From an uncultured Chloroflexota bacterium (GTDB lineage: Bacteria > Chloroflexota > Dehalococcoidia > CAUJGQ01), in assembly GCA_937879875.1 (NCBI GenBank), contig CALFMN010000231.1, forward strand, positions 1 to 64,000: DNA of 64,000 nt, in the 5' to 3' direction. A model generated the notes under the pieces. The model saw only the letters and a list, made by a program, of their open reading frames with translations. It did no database searches and was not told where the DNA came from. The position numbers and the translations under genes are program-made. Positions 29,533-38,604 of this stretch are shown here, one piece after another. Every line of letters begins with the position of its first letter. Positions within the stretch are counted from its first letter, which is position 1.

Positions 29533-30516
29533 CTACTGCACGGCTCGGAGCGGCATGCGCGCGTCGAGAAAATCGGTGACGTGATTGAGCCATTCGCTGT
29601 CGTTGCGTTTGATCGTGTCGCCGTGCTTCGCGCCGGGAACGAGCCAGAGGTCGCTGGCCGGATTGGCGGACGCCGCACGGAGCTGTGTGCTGTTCTGCGG
29701 CAGCACGTAGTCGTCGGCGGTGCCGTGGATGAAGAGAATCGAGATGCTCGGCGCCCTGCGCACGGCGTCGATCGGCTTGACGGACGGCAGATCGACGCCG
29801 TCCATGAGCCGGATGGCCGTGCTGACGGCGAAGTCCGGCTTTAGCCAGGCCAGCTCCGGGCGTTGCTTGCGAATCTGCCGGGTAATCACAGGCCAGGCTT
29901 CAGCGTAGGCGCTGTCTGAGACCATCGCGCCGATACCTTGCAGTTGTGGCGCCGCCATCAGCATCGCCGCCGCGCCGTACGAGACGCCGATCATGGCGAT
30001 ACGTCCTTGCGCATAGCCCTTGCTCAGCACGAAATGGAAGGCGCCGCGCACGTCGTTCTGCTCGTGCAGGCCGTAGCTCTGCACGCCACCGCCGGAGGCG
30101 CCGTGGGCGCGCAGGTCGAACATCAGCACGGCGTAGCCACGATCGTGCAGGCGGTGAGCGATCTGATCGAAGCCGTAGTCCGAATCGGTGCGGTTCTGCC
30201 CGCGGCCGTGCAGGAGGATGAGCGCTCTACCGCCGATCTCGGTCGGGCCGGGGAACCACCAGCCGCGCAGGGTGAGGTGGTTGCCCTGGCTGGGGAACGT
30301 GACGTCGTCGTACTGCGGCGCGATCGAGCGCGGATCGAGGGTGACAGGCTTGCGCGGCTGGTGCACGATCTGCGTGTCGCCGTAGACGCCAAGGCCGGCG
30401 TAGAAGATGAGGACGACGAGCATGCCGGCGGCGGCGATCGCCAGTGCCAGCCGCCATCGTGGGCGCGAAGCCTCGTTCGCAGCCGAATTGTTCAACGCGG
30501 CGCTGGCGGAGTCCAT
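29533..30516 (-). CDS. alpha/beta hydrolase
   Basis: HGRGQNR...GVSYGAA nucleophile elbow (GxSxG); N-terminal TM; start MDSASAAL. Confidence 0.75.
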   Translation of the reverse strand: MDSASAALNNSAANEASRPRWRLALAIAAAGMLVVLIFYAGLGVYGDTQIVHQPRKPVTLDPRSIAPQYDDVTFPSQGNHLTLRGWWFPGPTEIGGRALILLHGRGQNRTDSDYGFDQIAHRLHDRGYAVLMFDLRAHGASGGGVQSYGLHEQNDVRGAFHFVLSKGYAQGRIAMIGVSYGAAAMLMAAPQLQGIGAMVSDSAYAEAWPVITRQIRKQRPELAWLKPDFAVSTAIRLMDGVDLPSVKPIDAVRRAPSISILFIHGTADDYVLPQNSTQLRAASANPASDLWLVPGAKHGDTIKRNDSEWLNHVTDFLDARMPLRAVQ

Positions 30517-30539
30517 GCGGCAGACCCTCCGCCGCGATC

Positions 30540-31517
30540 CTACGCCGAACGGGCTGCCCCGGCACAGTTTGACCGCCCCGGCGCCTCCACGAAGCAGCCC
30601 TCCAGGAACAGGCCGACGCGATCCATCCATTCGTCCGGCGCGGTGGCGTAGGTCAGCGCGTGCTCGGCCTCGGGCACCTGCCAGAGGTCACTGGCCGGAT
30701 GCGAGGAAACCTGACGCAGCCGCGCGCTGTGCTCTGGCGGAACATAGCTGTCTACCGCTCCGTGGATGAAGAGGATCGGGCATCCCGGCGCTTGCCCGAC
30801 TGCCGCAAGCGGTCGCGCCGCCGCGAGGTTCACATGGAATAGCGCGCGTGCGGCGATGCGGATACCTGGTCCTGGCCGCAGCTGTGCCAACCGGCGGCTC
30901 TGCCGCGGAATCTCGGCCGCGATCACGGGCCATATCTCTGCGTAGGCGCTGTCCGCGACCACGCCGGCAATGCGCGGCATCTCCGGCAACGCCATCAGCG
31001 CCGCCGCCGCGCCGTAGGAGCTGCCGATCAGCGCCACGGCCTCGTCCTGAAAGCCGCGTTCGCGCAGGAAATCCAGCGCACCGAGCACGTCCGCGCGCTC
31101 GCGCACACCATAGCTCAGCCGCGAGCGAGCAGACTCCCCGTGGCCTCGCAAATCGAACATCAGCACCGCGTAGCCGCGGCGCAGCAAGGCGCGGGCGATG
31201 GCGTCGCTCTGCCAGTTGCGGTCGTAACGGTTGTGGCCGCGCCCGTGGATCAGCACCAGCGCCCGGCCTGCCCCGCCGTTGGCAAACCACCAGCCACGCA
31301 GCGCCAGCCCGTCGCCGCGCGCCGGGAAGGTCACATCTTCCCAGTTACCCGCGATCGACTCCGGCGCCAGGCCCAGCGGCCGGTGTCGCAGCCGCGTGGC
31401 GCGGTGAGCGCCGTAGAGTGCAATGGCGGGATAGGCCAAGGCCGCCAGAGCGAGCCCTGCGAAAACCAATGGGCGGCGCAGGATAGGAGCGGCTGCTGAG
31501 CGTCGGCGCTTGCTCAT
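30540..31517 (-). CDS. alpha/beta hydrolase (tandem paralog)
   Basis: Colinear with the 29533-30516 product (LIHGRGHNR...GSSYGAA). Confidence 0.75.
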   Translation of the reverse strand: MSKRRRSAAAPILRRPLVFAGLALAALAYPAIALYGAHRATRLRHRPLGLAPESIAGNWEDVTFPARGDGLALRGWWFANGGAGRALVLIHGRGHNRYDRNWQSDAIARALLRRGYAVLMFDLRGHGESARSRLSYGVRERADVLGALDFLRERGFQDEAVALIGSSYGAAAALMALPEMPRIAGVVADSAYAEIWPVIAAEIPRQSRRLAQLRPGPGIRIAARALFHVNLAAARPLAAVGQAPGCPILFIHGAVDSYVPPEHSARLRQVSSHPASDLWQVPEAEHALTYATAPDEWMDRVGLFLEGCFVEAPGRSNCAGAARSA

Positions 31518-31610
31518 CGCCGGCCTGCCGCGGTTGCAGTATGCCGAGCTGCAGGGTCAACAGCCCGCCAGGTATGAATCGGGCCGCGCCGGGCATTCCG
31601 CATGAGGCGC

Positions 31611-33173
31611 CTACGCCCGCGCGGCGGCGGCGCGCCGCTTCGTCCCGCCGTTGCGCCGCGCCGCGCTCTGCTGCTCGGCGGCAATGCTGAGCACGGTGTG
31701 CACGAGCGTGCGCACGGGCATGCCGCTCGCGCCCTTCGTGATCCAGCCCTTGTCGTGCTCGTAGATGTCCACGCCGGCCATATCGATGTGCGCCCAGGGC
31801 GTCTTGTCCACAAACTCGCGCAGGAACATCGCCGCCGTGATCGAGCCGGCCTTGCGCCCGCCCGTGTTCTTGATGTCGGCCACGTCGCTGTCGATCTGTG
31901 TCCGATACTCCTCAAACATCGGCAGTTGCCAGACCTTCTCACCGCCCTCTTTGCCGGCGGCGATCACGCGGTCGATCAGCGCCTGGTCGTTGCCCATGAT
32001 ACCCATCGCCACATCGCCCAGCGCCGTCGTGATCGCGCCGGTCAGCGTCGCCACGTCGATCAGCGGCGACAGCTCGAGCCGGCGCGCGTAGGAGAGGCCG
32101 TCCGCCAGCACGAGCCGGCCCTCGGCGTCCGTGTTCAGCACCTCGATCGTCGTGCCGTTCATGGCGCGCAGCACGTCGCCCGGCTTGATCGCGTTGCCGC
32201 CGGGCATGTTCTCCGTGGCGGGCACGATGCCGGTGACGTTGACCGTTGGCTTCAGCCGGGCGATGGCCGAGAGCGCCGCGATCACCGCCGCGCCACCGGA
32301 CATATCGCCCTTCATCTCGTGCATGTTGGCCGCCGGCTTGATCGAAATGCCGCCCGTGTCGAAGGTGATGCCCTTGCCGATCAGCCCGACGCCGTGCTCG
32401 CTGCTCGGGTCGCCGCGGTAGTGCAGCACGATGAACGCCGGCGGCTGGGCGCTGCCCTTCGCCACGCCCAGCAATGCGCCCATACCCAGCTCGACCATCT
32501 GCTCGGCGTCGAGCACCTCACAGCGCAGATCGGTCTCGTCGGCGGCGGCACGGGCGCGGGCGGCAAGCTCGGTCGGCGTCATGTAGTTGCTCGGCTCGTT
32601 GGCCAGGTCGCGGGCGAAGTTGGTCGCCTCGGCGAGGATCGTGCCGGTGGCGACGCCGCGCTCAAGTGTCGCTGTCAGCTTGCCATCCTGCTCGACGATC
32701 GTTAGCGCTTCAAGCTCGCGGCGGCCTTCTTCGGGCTTCTGATGACGGGTGAAGCGGTAGAGTCCGAGCAACGTGCCCTCGGCGATCGCCTGCGCCGACG
32801 CCTCGGCGTCGAGCCCGCCGGCGCCGGCGCCATGTGCGACCGTTGCCGCCGGGCTGAAGCCGTTTTTGCGCAGGAAGCGGGCGACGTTGGCCGCGGTGTC
32901 GCGTACGCGGTCGGCCGACAGGTCGGCGGCCTTGCCCAGGCCGGCGACGACGACGCGGCCGGCAGGCAGCTTGCCCAGCGTGTGCACGACGGTGATTTCG
33001 CCGCGCGTGCCGCGGATCTCGCCATCGGCGATCAGCCGGGAGAGCGCGCCGTCCAGCGCCCGATCGGCCGCACCGGTCGCGCCGTCCGGTTTGGCGACGC
33101 CTTCCAGCAGGTTGAGGACGATCGCCTTACCGCCAAAACCGAGAATATCGCCCTGCTCGATGCGGATCTCCAC
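31611..33173 (-). CDS. pepA: leucyl aminopeptidase (M17)
   Basis: NTDAEGRLVLADGL M17 signature; GTG start with GGAGGG RBS; the longer track ORF runs through a repeat. Confidence 0.85.
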   Translation of the reverse strand: MEIRIEQGDILGFGGKAIVLNLLEGVAKPDGATGAADRALDGALSRLIADGEIRGTRGEITVVHTLGKLPAGRVVVAGLGKAADLSADRVRDTAANVARFLRKNGFSPAATVAHGAGAGGLDAEASAQAIAEGTLLGLYRFTRHQKPEEGRRELEALTIVEQDGKLTATLERGVATGTILAEATNFARDLANEPSNYMTPTELAARARAAADETDLRCEVLDAEQMVELGMGALLGVAKGSAQPPAFIVLHYRGDPSSEHGVGLIGKGITFDTGGISIKPAANMHEMKGDMSGGAAVIAALSAIARLKPTVNVTGIVPATENMPGGNAIKPGDVLRAMNGTTIEVLNTDAEGRLVLADGLSYARRLELSPLIDVATLTGAITTALGDVAMGIMGNDQALIDRVIAAGKEGGEKVWQLPMFEEYRTQIDSDVADIKNTGGRKAGSITAAMFLREFVDKTPWAHIDMAGVDIYEHDKGWITKGASGMPVRTLVHTVLSIAAEQQSAARRNGGTKRRAAAARA

Positions 33174-33269
33174 GGCGCGTCCCTCCTGCCTAACTGGCTC
33201 GCTCGCGCATCGAGCATAGCGAGCCATGCCTGACGACGGCAATCGTTGGCGCGCGTCAGGCCGGCGGTC

Positions 33270-33408
33270 GGCCCTCACCCCCGTCCCCTCTCCCAATCCT
33301 GGGAGAGGGGCGATCCCGCGTCGGGCGATCCGATCGGTTTGCGGTTAACCGTTTGCTGCTCGGAACGCTCAGTGCAGGATCGTCTCCTTCCCTCCAGAAT
33401 TGGGGATC
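33270..33408. repeat. MITE-like family A, copy 6 (intact left TIR, decayed right TIR)
   Basis: GGCCCTCACCCCCGTCCCCTCTCCCAATCCTGGGAGAGGGGCGATCCCG ... GCGGTTAACCGTTTGCTGCTCGGAACGCTCAG ... degenerate inverted end. Confidence 0.55.
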
Positions 33409-33697
33409 GTGTCATGAGACAGGAGAGGTTGAGGGCCGAAGGTGGCGCCCGTGCTTCAGCCGCCGCTTGCCTGCAGTCAGTCCGGCGTGCTGATCAACCG
33501 CTCGAAGTCAGGCCCGAAGCGCCGCCGCAGGCCGTCCAGCCGTGCCGCTCCCACAAACTCGATCGCAAGCCGGCCGTTCCCGCCTCCACGTAGGACAATC
33601 CACCGAGCAGGATCGCGGCGGCGAGATCTGCCGAGCTGCTGGCGGGGCCGCGGAAGCGCAGCGGCATCGCATCGCGGGTCGGTTGAAAATAGAAGGC

Positions 33698-33726
33698 TTG
33701 TGCCGCTCGCGGTTGAGTTCTATAAT
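33698..33726 (+). promoter_or_regulatory. candidate sigma-A promoter for the rrf2-cys operon (TTGTGC - 17 nt - TATAAT)
   Basis: Perfect TATAAT at 33721-33726 in an AT-rich patch about 50 nt upstream of the rrf2 start. Confidence 0.45.
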
Positions 33727-33774
33727 GTTGATAAGATTAGTCCACTTTAGGGCGGGCTTGCCGGGGTTGAGGGA

Positions 33775-34209
33775 GTGAAGGTTTCCACCAAAGGCGATTA
33801 CGGCGTGCGGGCGCTGATTGAGCTGGCGCTGCACTACGGCCAGGGGCCGCTGCAGAGCGCCGAGATCGCCGCCCGCCAGCGCATTCCCGAACCGTATCTT
33901 GACCACCTGCTGACCACGCTGCGACGTGCCGGCTTCATCCGCAGCGTGCGCGGGCCGCAGGGCGGCCACGAGCTGGTGCGCGAGCCTGACAAACTGCCGC
34001 TCGACGAGGTGATCGAGTCGCTCGAAGGCTCACTGATCCCCAGCGCCTGTCTGGACGAGGGCAGCCCCTGCGCCAGGCACGGCGGTTGCGCCCAGCGCGA
34101 GATGTGGCAGGAGGTCTACGACGCGACGCGCGAGATCCTGCACCGCACCACGATTGCGGATCTGGCGGCGCGCGAGCGCCAGCCGGCCGGCGGGCGTTAC
34201 TACATTTAG
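33775..34209 (+). CDS. Rrf2 family transcriptional regulator (CymR/IscR-like)
   Basis: MKVSTKGDYGVRALIELA wHTH N-terminus; three Cys in C-terminal half; directly upstream of cysK. Confidence 0.85.
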   Translation: MKVSTKGDYGVRALIELALHYGQGPLQSAEIAARQRIPEPYLDHLLTTLRRAGFIRSVRGPQGGHELVREPDKLPLDEVIESLEGSLIPSACLDEGSPCARHGGCAQREMWQEVYDATREILHRTTIADLAARERQPAGGRYYI

Positions 34210-34257
34210 GGCGTAGGGCGTAGGGCGTAGGGCGTAGGGCGTAGGGCGTAGGGCGTA
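34209..34257 (+). repeat. (GGGCGTA)x7 perfect tandem heptamer; canonical G3N4 quadruplex motif in the rrf2-cysK spacer
   Basis: Direct reading; overlaps the rrf2 TAG stop and ends 8 nt before the cysK ATG (GGAGGG RBS follows). Confidence 0.85.
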
Positions 34258-34265
34258 GGAGGGTC

Positions 34266-35243
34266 ATGAAGCAGGCGGCGCAAGTGGGCGATGGCGTTGA
34301 GGCCGGGGGTGGCACGGCGGCGGTGCGCACGACGTGCGTGGCCGATTCGGTGCTGGATCTCGTCGGCAACACGCCGCTGGTGCGGCTGAACCGGCTGCCG
34401 GGGCCGCGCAGCGCCGCCGTGCTGGGCAAGCTGGAATCGCTCAACCCGGCCGGCAGCGTCAAAGACCGCATCGCCGTGGCGATGGTCGAAGCGGCCGAGC
34501 GCGAGGGGCGCCTGCAGCCTGGCGCCACGATCGTCGAGCCGACCAGCGGCAATACCGGCATCGGCCTGGCAATGGTCGCCGCGGTCAAGGGCTACCGCCT
34601 GATTCTGACCATGCCCGAAGACATGAGCATGGAGCGGCGCAAGCTGTTCACCCGCTTCGGCGCCGAACTGCGGCTCACACCGGCGCTCGAGGGCATGACC
34701 GGCGCCGTCTTCGCCGCCGAAGAACTGGTGCGCGAGCACCCCGAATACTTCATGCCTCAGCAGTTCCAGAATCCGGCCAACCCCGAGATCCATCGCCTGA
34801 CCACCGGCCCGGAGATCCTGCACGCCACCGGCGGCAGGGTCGATGCCTTCGTCGCCGGCGTGGGTACGGGCGGTACGATCACCGGCGTGGGCGAGGTGCT
34901 GCGTGCATACAACCCAAGCACGTTGATCGTCGCGGTTGAACCAGCGCGCTCGCAGATCCTGCGCGGCGGCCGCGCCGGCATGCACGCGATCCAGGGCATC
35001 GGCGCGAGCTTCGTGCCCGGCGTGCTGAACCGGCAGGTCTATCAGGAGCTGATGGCCGTGGGCGACGACGACGCGATCGAGATGTCGCAGCGGCTTGCAC
35101 GGGAGGAGGGGCTGCTGGTGGGCATCTCCTCCGGCGCCAACGTCTTCGCGGCGCTCAAGGTCGCGCGGCGGCTGGGCGCCGGCAAAACCGTCGTGACGAT
35201 GCTCTGCGACACCGGCGAACGGTATCTCAGCGCGGCCGTGTAA
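34266..35243 (+). CDS. cysK: cysteine synthase A (O-acetylserine sulfhydrylase)
   Basis: PLP Lys motif SVKDR, TSGNTGIGLA, full length. Confidence 0.9.
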   Translation: MKQAAQVGDGVEAGGGTAAVRTTCVADSVLDLVGNTPLVRLNRLPGPRSAAVLGKLESLNPAGSVKDRIAVAMVEAAEREGRLQPGATIVEPTSGNTGIGLAMVAAVKGYRLILTMPEDMSMERRKLFTRFGAELRLTPALEGMTGAVFAAEELVREHPEYFMPQQFQNPANPEIHRLTTGPEILHATGGRVDAFVAGVGTGGTITGVGEVLRAYNPSTLIVAVEPARSQILRGGRAGMHAIQGIGASFVPGVLNRQVYQELMAVGDDDAIEMSQRLAREEGLLVGISSGANVFAALKVARRLGAGKTVVTMLCDTGERYLSAAV

Positions 35244-35342
35244 CGGTTTGGACGATCGCGACGACTGAAGATGATTGACGATGATTGACATTTTTGTGGC
35301 TGGGACCGCCGCTCCGTCCGGACCCTGAGGGAGAGAACACGC

Positions 35343-36452
35343 ATGACCGTCCAGGTCTACATTCCGACGCCGTTCCGCCGTCTCACCGGCAACCGCACGC
35401 GCGTCGCAGCCGAAGGCCAGACCGTGGGCGAGGTGCTGCGGCGTCTGAACGAGCACTACCCCGGCTTCAACGAGCTGCTGTACGACGAATCGAAGGCGAT
35501 CCCGGCGCATATCAACATCTACCTGAACAACCAGGAGATTCACAGTCTTCAGGGAGAGGAGACCCCCGTGGCAGACGGAGACGAAGTTGCAGTGATTCCC
35601 GCAATCGCGGGCGGATCGGGCACGGCGCTGCGGCCCGATCAGGTAACGCGCTACTCGCGGCACATCATCATGCCGCAGGTGGGGCCGGTCGGACAGCGCA
35701 AATTAATGGCGGCGAAAGTGCTGATCGTCGGCGCGGGCGGGCTCGGCTCGCCGGTCTCGCTCTATCTGGCGCTCGCGGGCATCGGCACGATCGGCATCGT
35801 CGACTTCGACGTGGTCGATCTGACCAACCTGCAACGGCAGATCCTGCACCAGAACGACGACATCGGCCGGCCGAAGGTCGACTCGGCGCGCGAAACGTTG
35901 AACTCGTATAACCCCGACGTCAACGTGATCACGCACGAGGTGCCGCTCACGTCCGAGAACGCGCTGGAGATCATCCCGCAGTACGACATCGTCGTGAACG
36001 GCGCGGACAACTTCGCCACGCGCTATCTCGTCAACGACGCCTGCTATCTCTCCGGCAAGCCGCTGGTGGACGGCAGCATCCTGCTGTTCGACGGCCAGGC
36101 CTCGACCTATCTGCCGGGCAAGGGCTGCTATCGCTGCCTCTTCCCGGAGCCGCCGCCGCCGGGCATGGTGCCCTCCTGCGCCGAAGCGGGCGTGCTCGGC
36201 GCCCTCTGCGGCACGGTGGGCTCGATCCAGGCGACGGAAGTGCTGAAGCTGATCCTCGGCGTGGGCGAGCCTCTCATCGGCCGGCTGCTGCTGTACGACG
36301 CGCTCTCGATGGAGATGCGTACCGTGAAGACGCGGCGCGACCCGAAGTGCCCGCTCTGCGGCGACAACCCGACCGTGACCGAGCTGATCGATTACGATGC
36401 CTTCTGTGGCGGCCCGCCGCACGTGGCCAACGCGCCGGTTGCGGCCGGCTAG
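35343..36452 (+). CDS. fusion protein: N-terminal CysO/MoaD-like sulfur carrier (ends ...AIAGG) + MoeZ/MoeB/ThiF-type E1 adenylyltransferase (no rhodanese domain)
   Basis: Residues 1-92 align with the stand-alone carrier at 36508; then RYSRHI, GAGGLGS, two CxxC pairs of an E1; single ORF, GAGGGA RBS. Confidence 0.8.
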   Translation: MTVQVYIPTPFRRLTGNRTRVAAEGQTVGEVLRRLNEHYPGFNELLYDESKAIPAHINIYLNNQEIHSLQGEETPVADGDEVAVIPAIAGGSGTALRPDQVTRYSRHIIMPQVGPVGQRKLMAAKVLIVGAGGLGSPVSLYLALAGIGTIGIVDFDVVDLTNLQRQILHQNDDIGRPKVDSARETLNSYNPDVNVITHEVPLTSENALEIIPQYDIVVNGADNFATRYLVNDACYLSGKPLVDGSILLFDGQASTYLPGKGCYRCLFPEPPPPGMVPSCAEAGVLGALCGTVGSIQATEVLKLILGVGEPLIGRLLLYDALSMEMRTVKTRRDPKCPLCGDNPTVTELIDYDAFCGGPPHVANAPVAAG

Positions 36453-36507
36453 CATCCTGAACAGACACGCGGCGGGGCTTTCGCGCCCCGCCGAGGAGTT
36501 GTGGTCA

Positions 36508-36786
36508 ATGGCCGTCGAAGTCCGTGTCACCGCCGTGCTGCAGAAGCTCACGGGAGGCAAGAAGAGCGTGCCCGCCGAGGGCGGCACGGTGGACCAGCTG
36601 CTCAAGAATCTCGACACCAACTACCCCGGCTTCCGCCACCAGGTGCAGGGCGATGACGGCAGGCTGCACCGCTTCGTCAACATCTACCTGAACGACGAGG
36701 ACATCCGCTATCTCAGTCAGCTCAACACGCCGCTCAAAGACGGTGATGTGGTCTCCATCCTGCCGGCGCTGGCGGGCGGCGCATGA
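36508..36786 (+). CDS. cysO: CysO/MoaD-like ubiquitin-fold sulfur carrier ending ...LAGGA
   Basis: 92 aa; paralog of the N-domain of the preceding fusion; C-terminal GG followed by one Ala; GAGGAG RBS. Confidence 0.75.
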   Translation: MAVEVRVTAVLQKLTGGKKSVPAEGGTVDQLLKNLDTNYPGFRHQVQGDDGRLHRFVNIYLNDEDIRYLSQLNTPLKDGDVVSILPALAGGA

Positions 36787-36861
36787 ACCGCCGCCTTTGG
36801 GGGCTGCCCGAGGGCTTCGGCCTGCGCGCCGGGGCGTCGGCGGTGTCGCCGCCGCGCCTAC

Positions 36862-36994
36862 CCCTGCCGGCTAACGCCGGCTGTCCCCTCCCCACAGGGG
36901 AGGGGTTGGTCTGAGGAACCCCGGTAGCCCTCGGACCACCCTTCCCGCGTCGGGAAGGGAGATTTCGCTTAAGCGAAATCGGGGTTAGGTAGCC
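36862..36994. repeat. MITE-like family B, compact copy (serial perfect hairpins)
   Basis: GCCGGCTAACGCCGGC, CCCCTCCCCACAGGGGAGGGG, CCCTTCCCGCGTCGGGAAGGG, GATTTCGCTTAAGCGAAATC, GGGGTTAGGTAGCC; homologous to 42339-42557. Confidence 0.55.
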
Positions 36995-37064
36995 GCGTGG
37001 CTGCCAGAGCCTCGTCCTGCACTATCCCCTGCGACCATGCATTGTGCCCGCCTCGGGAGGCTCC

Positions 37065-38003
37065 ATGCTTTACGCGAACATCCTCGACGCGATCGGCAAC
37101 ACACCGCTGGTCGAGCTGCCGCACACCAGCCCCAACCCGAACGTCAAGATCTACGCCAAGCTCGAGGGCCAAAACCCCTCGGGCAGCGTCAAAGACCGCT
37201 GCGCCAAGTACATGATCGACGCCGCCGAGCGCGATGGCCTGCTCGACGACGACAAGATCATTCTGGAGCCGACCAGCGGCAACACGGGCATCGCCCTGGC
37301 GATGATCGGCCGCGTCAAGGGCTACCAGGTGATGGTCGTGATCCCGGAGAGCGTCAGCGAGGAGCGGAGTCAGCTCCTGCGCGCCTACGGCGCCGAGATC
37401 GTCTACTCCGAGGGGCTGAAGGGCACCAACGGCTCGATCGCCGTGGCGCAGCAGATGGTGGCCGAGGCGCCGCAGCGCTTCTACATGCCGTATCAATACG
37501 GCAACGAGGCCAACCCCCGCGCCCACTACGAAACCACCGGCCCGGAGATCGTGCGTGACCTGCCGGACATCGATGTCTTCGTCGCCGGCCTCGGCACGGG
37601 CGGCACGCTCACCGGCACCGGCCGCTACCTCAAGGAATACAACCCGAAGATCAAGGTCATCGCCACGGTGCCGCACCCTGGCGATTTGGTGCAGGGGCTG
37701 CGCAGCCTGGAAGAGGGCTTCATCCCGCCCGTGCTGGACGAGTCGGTGCTCGACGGCCGCGTGGTGGTCGACAGCCGCACCGCCTTCGCCGCCACCAAAG
37801 AGCTGACGCAGCAAGAAGGCATCTTCGCCGGCATCTCCTGCGGCGCGGCGGTGAAGACGGCGCAGCGCATCGCCGGGCGCATGGAGAGCGGCAAAGTCGT
37901 CGTCTTGCTGGCGGACGGCGGCTGGAAATACCTTTCAACCGCGCTGTGGACGACCGAGTACGGCGATCTGCCCGAGGACATCGACAGCAAGGTCTGGTGG
38001 TAG
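37065..38003 (+). CDS. cysM: cysteine synthase, CysM-type (CysO-thiocarboxylate dependent)
   Basis: SVKDR PLP motif, TSGNTGIALA; ATG at 37065 with GGGAGG RBS. Confidence 0.85.
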   Translation: MLYANILDAIGNTPLVELPHTSPNPNVKIYAKLEGQNPSGSVKDRCAKYMIDAAERDGLLDDDKIILEPTSGNTGIALAMIGRVKGYQVMVVIPESVSEERSQLLRAYGAEIVYSEGLKGTNGSIAVAQQMVAEAPQRFYMPYQYGNEANPRAHYETTGPEIVRDLPDIDVFVAGLGTGGTLTGTGRYLKEYNPKIKVIATVPHPGDLVQGLRSLEEGFIPPVLDESVLDGRVVVDSRTAFAATKELTQQEGIFAGISCGAAVKTAQRIAGRMESGKVVVLLADGGWKYLSTALWTTEYGDLPEDIDSKVWW

Positions 38004-38010
38004 CAGAGCC

Positions 38011-38421
38011 GTGACGCTGACGCTGCCGCGCGACTACGTCGAACAGATCGTCGCCCACGCCCGCCGCGAGGCGCCGAACGAGTGCTGCGGCGTGGTCGCG
38101 GGCAAGGACGGCGCCGCGGTCAAGCTCTGGCAGGCGACGAACGCCGAGCACAGCCCCTACCGCTACAGTATCGAGGGCAAAGAACTGCTGCAGATCATGC
38201 GGCTGCTGCAAGACAACGACTGGGAGATGTTGGCCGTCTATCACTCGCACACGCACACGCCTGCCTATCCAAGCCCCACCGACCGGCGCCAGGTGATGCT
38301 CTCCGGCTGGGACCAGCCGTACTATGTGCTTGTCTCGCTCGCCGAAGAGCCGCCGGACGTGCGCGCCTACACGATCCGCGATGGCGCCATCGCCGAGCAG
38401 CGGTTGATCGTGAATGACTAG
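38011..38421 (+). CDS. mec: JAMM/MPN+ metalloprotease (Mec+-type)
   Basis: E-x(n)-HSHTHTPAYPSPTD JAMM motif; 136 aa. Confidence 0.85.
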   Translation: MTLTLPRDYVEQIVAHARREAPNECCGVVAGKDGAAVKLWQATNAEHSPYRYSIEGKELLQIMRLLQDNDWEMLAVYHSHTHTPAYPSPTDRRQVMLSGWDQPYYVLVSLAEEPPDVRAYTIRDGAIAEQRLIVND

Positions 38422-38604
38422 AATCCTTGTCGATATAGGAAACTCTTATCGGCGAACGGTCCTGGCTGAGGGTCCGGGCCTTGCGATGGTGGCTTCGTTC
38501 CCGTAGCGTGAGCGAGCCGGGGCCGAACCCGGTTGGGCTGACATACCCTGAACCTTTCATGCGGCCGCGCCTGGCGTGGCGGCCGCACACTCGGCGGAGG
38601 CGCC

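Noticed and set aside
31602-32705. 367-aa plus-strand ORF inside pepA
   Set aside because: Shadow ORF. The minus strand encodes a full M17 aminopeptidase with NTDAEGRL signature.
1421-33408. Family A hairpin repeats as a possible CRISPR array
   Set aside because: Copies are dispersed over 32 kb in both orientations and have inverted-repeat termini. There are no regularly spaced identical direct repeats with unique spacers, and no cas genes.
36862-36994. Structured element before cysM as a SAM/S-box type riboswitch
   Set aside because: Built from low-complexity perfect palindromes homologous to the dispersed family B repeat at 42339. It lacks the conserved riboswitch core sequences.
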